In this document: one piece after another, positions 23,872 to 26,264 of the stretch
How the letters are laid out: each line of letters starts with the position of its first letter
Position numbering within the stretch: the first letter of the stretch is position 1
Source of the DNA: an uncultured bacterium
GTDB lineage: Bacteria > Hydrothermota > UBA3072
Assembly (NCBI GenBank): GCA_964594255.1
Contig: CAZQNI010000001.1
Span: 1-26,264 of the forward strand
DNA length: 26,264 nt
Direction of reading: 5' to 3'
Translations under genes and position numbers: made by a program
Notes under the pieces: model-generated
Told to the model about the DNA's origin: nothing
The model's input: the letters and a program-made list of their open reading frames with translations, nothing else
Database searches by the model: none

Positions 23872-23946
23872 TTTAGTATTTCTAGTTTGTTTCGTGGTTA
23901 AATAAATTATTTTTTCTTTGTGCTCTTTGTGTGCTTTGTGGTTCAA
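23872..23946 (-). repeat. Two 9-bp-period repeat arms upstream of polA
   Basis: ...tttcgtggttaaa (ends ~23902) and tttgtgctc-tttgtgtgc-tttgtggtt-caa (23917-23946). Both end in GTGGTT(A/C)AA like the other copies. Confidence 0.8.
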
Positions 23947-23967
23947 TATTTTATGGTGGGGTGGAAC

Positions 23968-23995
23968 TTGACTTAGATTAAATCTCTTTTATATT
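23968..23995 (+). promoter_or_regulatory. Sigma70 promoter of polA, probably giving a leaderless mRNA
   Basis: TTGACT, 16-bp spacer, TATATT; ATG at 24002 follows 6 nt later with no SD. Confidence 0.7.
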
Positions 23996-24001
23996 AATGT
24001 T

Positions 24002-26264
24002 ATGAAAAAATTGCTATTGTTAATCGATGGATCATCCCTTGCGTACCGCTCTTATTACGCCTTTATTAAAAATCCTTTAAAAACGTCCAAAGGTGAACCG
24101 ACTTCAGCAATTTTTGGTTTTGCCAGGAGTCTAAAAAAACTCTCAGACGAGCTTAACCCCGACTACGCAGCAGTTTGTTTCGATCTTCCAGGTCCGACTT
24201 TCAGAGACGAGAAATTTCAGGATTATAAAGCAAAAAGGAAGGAAACTCCCGAAGAACTTGTAACGCAACTTCCGCATATAAACAATTTATGTGAGTCGGC
24301 AGGGTTCTCTGTCATTAGCAAGAAGGGATATGAAGCAGACGATATAATCGCTACCCTTGCGGGAGAAGCCGAAAAAGCAAACGTAGAAACGGTAATATTT
24401 ACTCTGGACAAAGATTTAATGCAGCTTGTCTCAGATAACGTCAAAGTACTAAACATGCACAGATCAGGAGTGGAATGGTACGATAAAGCTAAAGTTGAAG
24501 AAAAATTTGGGATCCCTCCCGAGAAAATAAATGATTTTCTTGCTCTCACGGGAGATTCATCGGATAATATACCGGGAGTCAAGGGAATCGGAAAGAAAAC
24601 GGCGGCAAAACTGTTAAACAAATTTAATTCTATTGAAAATATATTTTCAAATATAGATCAGATTCCAAATACCAGTATAAAAGATAAGATTATGGGTAAG
24701 GAAAAAGAAGCAGAGCGATGGAAAGAATTAACCCGACTGGAAAATCATGTACCTATCAAAGAAGACCTGACGGATCTTAAGTATAAAGGTGTGAATTCGA
24801 AAAAATTAAAAAATTTACTAAAGCATTTTGAATTCTATTCACTAATAGAAGAATGGCTTGGAAAAGAAAAAAACTCCCAGGAATTCAATATAGTTAATCT
24901 AATCGAAGCTAAAGAAGGACAACCAATATATATATATTACAACGAGGATCAATCTTTTATTTCTGTAGAAAACGACGTTGAAGTTATAGAAAAAGATAAA
25001 CTAAGGTTAAGGCTTACTGACTTTGAAAAAAATTCCTTTGTTTTAGAAGATGCTAAAAAATTTGCACATTTAATCGGCTTTTATCCTAAGAACAAAGTTT
25101 TCGATCTTTCTATTATGCATTATTTGCTTTATCCAAACAGGAAGAATCACTCACTTTCGAGAATACTTCTGGAACAAGGAATTACTCCGGGAAAACCTGA
25201 ATCAATATCTATTTTGATGAAAGGAGTTTATGAAAGGCTGCTTGATGAATTGAAGAAAAACAACCTTTTAAAAGTTTATAATGAAATTGAAGAACCGCTA
25301 ATTTCTATTCTTTATGAAATAGAGAATCATGGATTGTTGATTGACAAGGATTTATTAGACGAATTAAAGGATTCTATAGAAAAAGAACTTGAAACAATTG
25401 AAGAAAAAATATATAAACTTGCAGGAAGCGAGTTTAATTTACGTTCCCCTAAACAACTGAGTGAGATTTTATTCCTTAAGCTTAAACTGCCTCCTGTAAA
25501 AAAGACAAAAACGGGTTTTTCGACTGATTTTGAAGTGCTCAAAGCTCTGTCTAAAAAACATCCTATAATACCCGAATTAATTGATTTCAGGGAATCAGAT
25601 AAACTCCTTGCCGCTTATGTTATTCCCTTAATAAATTGTATAGATAAAGCAAGTGGCAGAATACATCATGAATTCCAGCAATCGGTTGCGGCTACAGGAA
25701 GGCTAACTACTACAGCACCAAACCTTCAGACATTGCCTGTAAGAACAGAAAAGGGAAGAAAAATCAGGGAATCGGTTATTGCTCCACAGTACAATCAAAT
25801 TCTCTCCTGCGATTACTCACAGATCGAACTGCGAATTCTTGCCTACATTTCAAACGATCAAAAATTAATAAATGATTTTGAAAATAACCTTGATATACAT
25901 CTACAGACTGCCTGCAGGATTTTCGGCGTTGAAACTGGCGAGGTCACGTTGGAAATGAGAAGAAAAGCAAAAGCAGTGAATTTTGGTATCATCTACGGAA
26001 TAAGCCCATTTGGCCTTTCCAGGCAACTTGAAATAACAAACACGGAGGCAAGCAGTATTATAGAAAAATATTACAATAACCATCCTGGAGTAGAAAGATG
26101 GCAAAAAGGAACTATTGACGAGGCAATGAATTCAGGATTCGTAAAGACAATTTACGGAAGGAAGAGACTAATACCGGAGTTAAAAAGCCTGAGGGAAATA
26201 GAGTACGGGAAGAGAATAGCTATAAATACACCCATACAGGGCAGCGCAGCCGATATAATAAAAA
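24002..26264 (+). CDS. polA: DNA polymerase I (3'-truncated by the window edge)
   Basis: Absent from the ORF track, presumably because there is no stop in the window. Translates MKKLLLLIDGSSLAYRSYYAF...GEPTSAIFGF, GYEADDIIATL, LTGDSSDNIPGVKGIGKKTA, TGRLTT..PNLQ, DYSQIELRILA, KAVNFGIIYGIS and ends INTPIQGSAADIIK in the same frame. Confidence 0.97.
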   Translation, partial: MKKLLLLIDGSSLAYRSYYAFIKNPLKTSKGEPTSAIFGFARSLKKLSDELNPDYAAVCFDLPGPTFRDEKFQDYKAKRKETPEELVTQLPHINNLCESAGFSVISKKGYEADDIIATLAGEAEKANVETVIFTLDKDLMQLVSDNVKVLNMHRSGVEWYDKAKVEEKFGIPPEKINDFLALTGDSSDNIPGVKGIGKKTAAKLLNKFNSIENIFSNIDQIPNTSIKDKIMGKEKEAERWKELTRLENHVPIKEDLTDLKYKGVNSKKLKNLLKHFEFYSLIEEWLGKEKNSQEFNIVNLIEAKEGQPIYIYYNEDQSFISVENDVEVIEKDKLRLRLTDFEKNSFVLEDAKKFAHLIGFYPKNKVFDLSIMHYLLYPNRKNHSLSRILLEQGITPGKPESISILMKGVYERLLDELKKNNLLKVYNEIEEPLISILYEIENHGLLIDKDLLDELKDSIEKELETIEEKIYKLAGSEFNLRSPKQLSEILFLKLKLPPVKKTKTGFSTDFEVLKALSKKHPIIPELIDFRESDKLLAAYVIPLINCIDKASGRIHHEFQQSVAATGRLTTTAPNLQTLPVRTEKGRKIRESVIAPQYNQILSCDYSQIELRILAYISNDQKLINDFENNLDIHLQTACRIFGVETGEVTLEMRRKAKAVNFGIIYGISPFGLSRQLEITNTEASSIIEKYYNNHPGVERWQKGTIDEAMNSGFVKTIYGRKRLIPELKSLREIEYGKRIAINTPIQGSAADIIK

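Noticed and set aside
1-23946. CRISPR array interpretation of the repeats
   Set aside because: Copies are kilobases apart, degenerate and in both orientations. There is no regular repeat-spacer pattern and no cas gene.
299-26104. Numerous short antisense or alternate-frame ORFs in the track (e.g. 1478-1732, 6597-7025, 8600-8962, 14678-14989, 24223-24621, 25327-25542, 25901-26104)
   Set aside because: All overlap well-supported genes and show no family motifs or translation signals; they are shadow ORFs.

Overview
AT-rich bacterial chromosomal window from a diderm. It has a TonB-dependent receptor, a protein with a T9SS/FlgD-like C-terminal tail and very short signal peptides, so an FCB-related candidate phylum such as WOR-3 is my guess, not a determination. 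It holds 22 complete CDSs plus a polA that runs off the right end and is missing from the ORF track. Housekeeping genes: hisG and hisF (each isolated), a beta-CASP metallo-hydrolase, xth, folB-folK-dNK-panC, two tandem UPF0104 flippase-like genes and polA. Accessory genes: two secreted proteins, a TonB-dependent receptor divergent from a CHASE2 adenylate cyclase plus FecR-domain gene, and a six-gene minus-strand cluster (GNAT/YoaP, DUF3795, DUF2235 lipase-like, secreted hypothetical, YjbQ, SGNH O-acetylesterase). I found no rRNA, tRNA, CRISPR array or transposase. The most striking non-coding signal is a dense family of intergenic, polar, ~175-230 bp elements: five copies whose two distinct inverted arms are built from ~7-bp A-rich units. 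They often enclose a second repeat family with 9-bp period, which also occurs alone, and two copies are capped by a GCGGC-NNN-GCCGC mini-hairpin. Other notable points: a FolB with Phe at the catalytic Tyr position, several apparently leaderless housekeeping genes, and frequent 16-bp promoter spacers.
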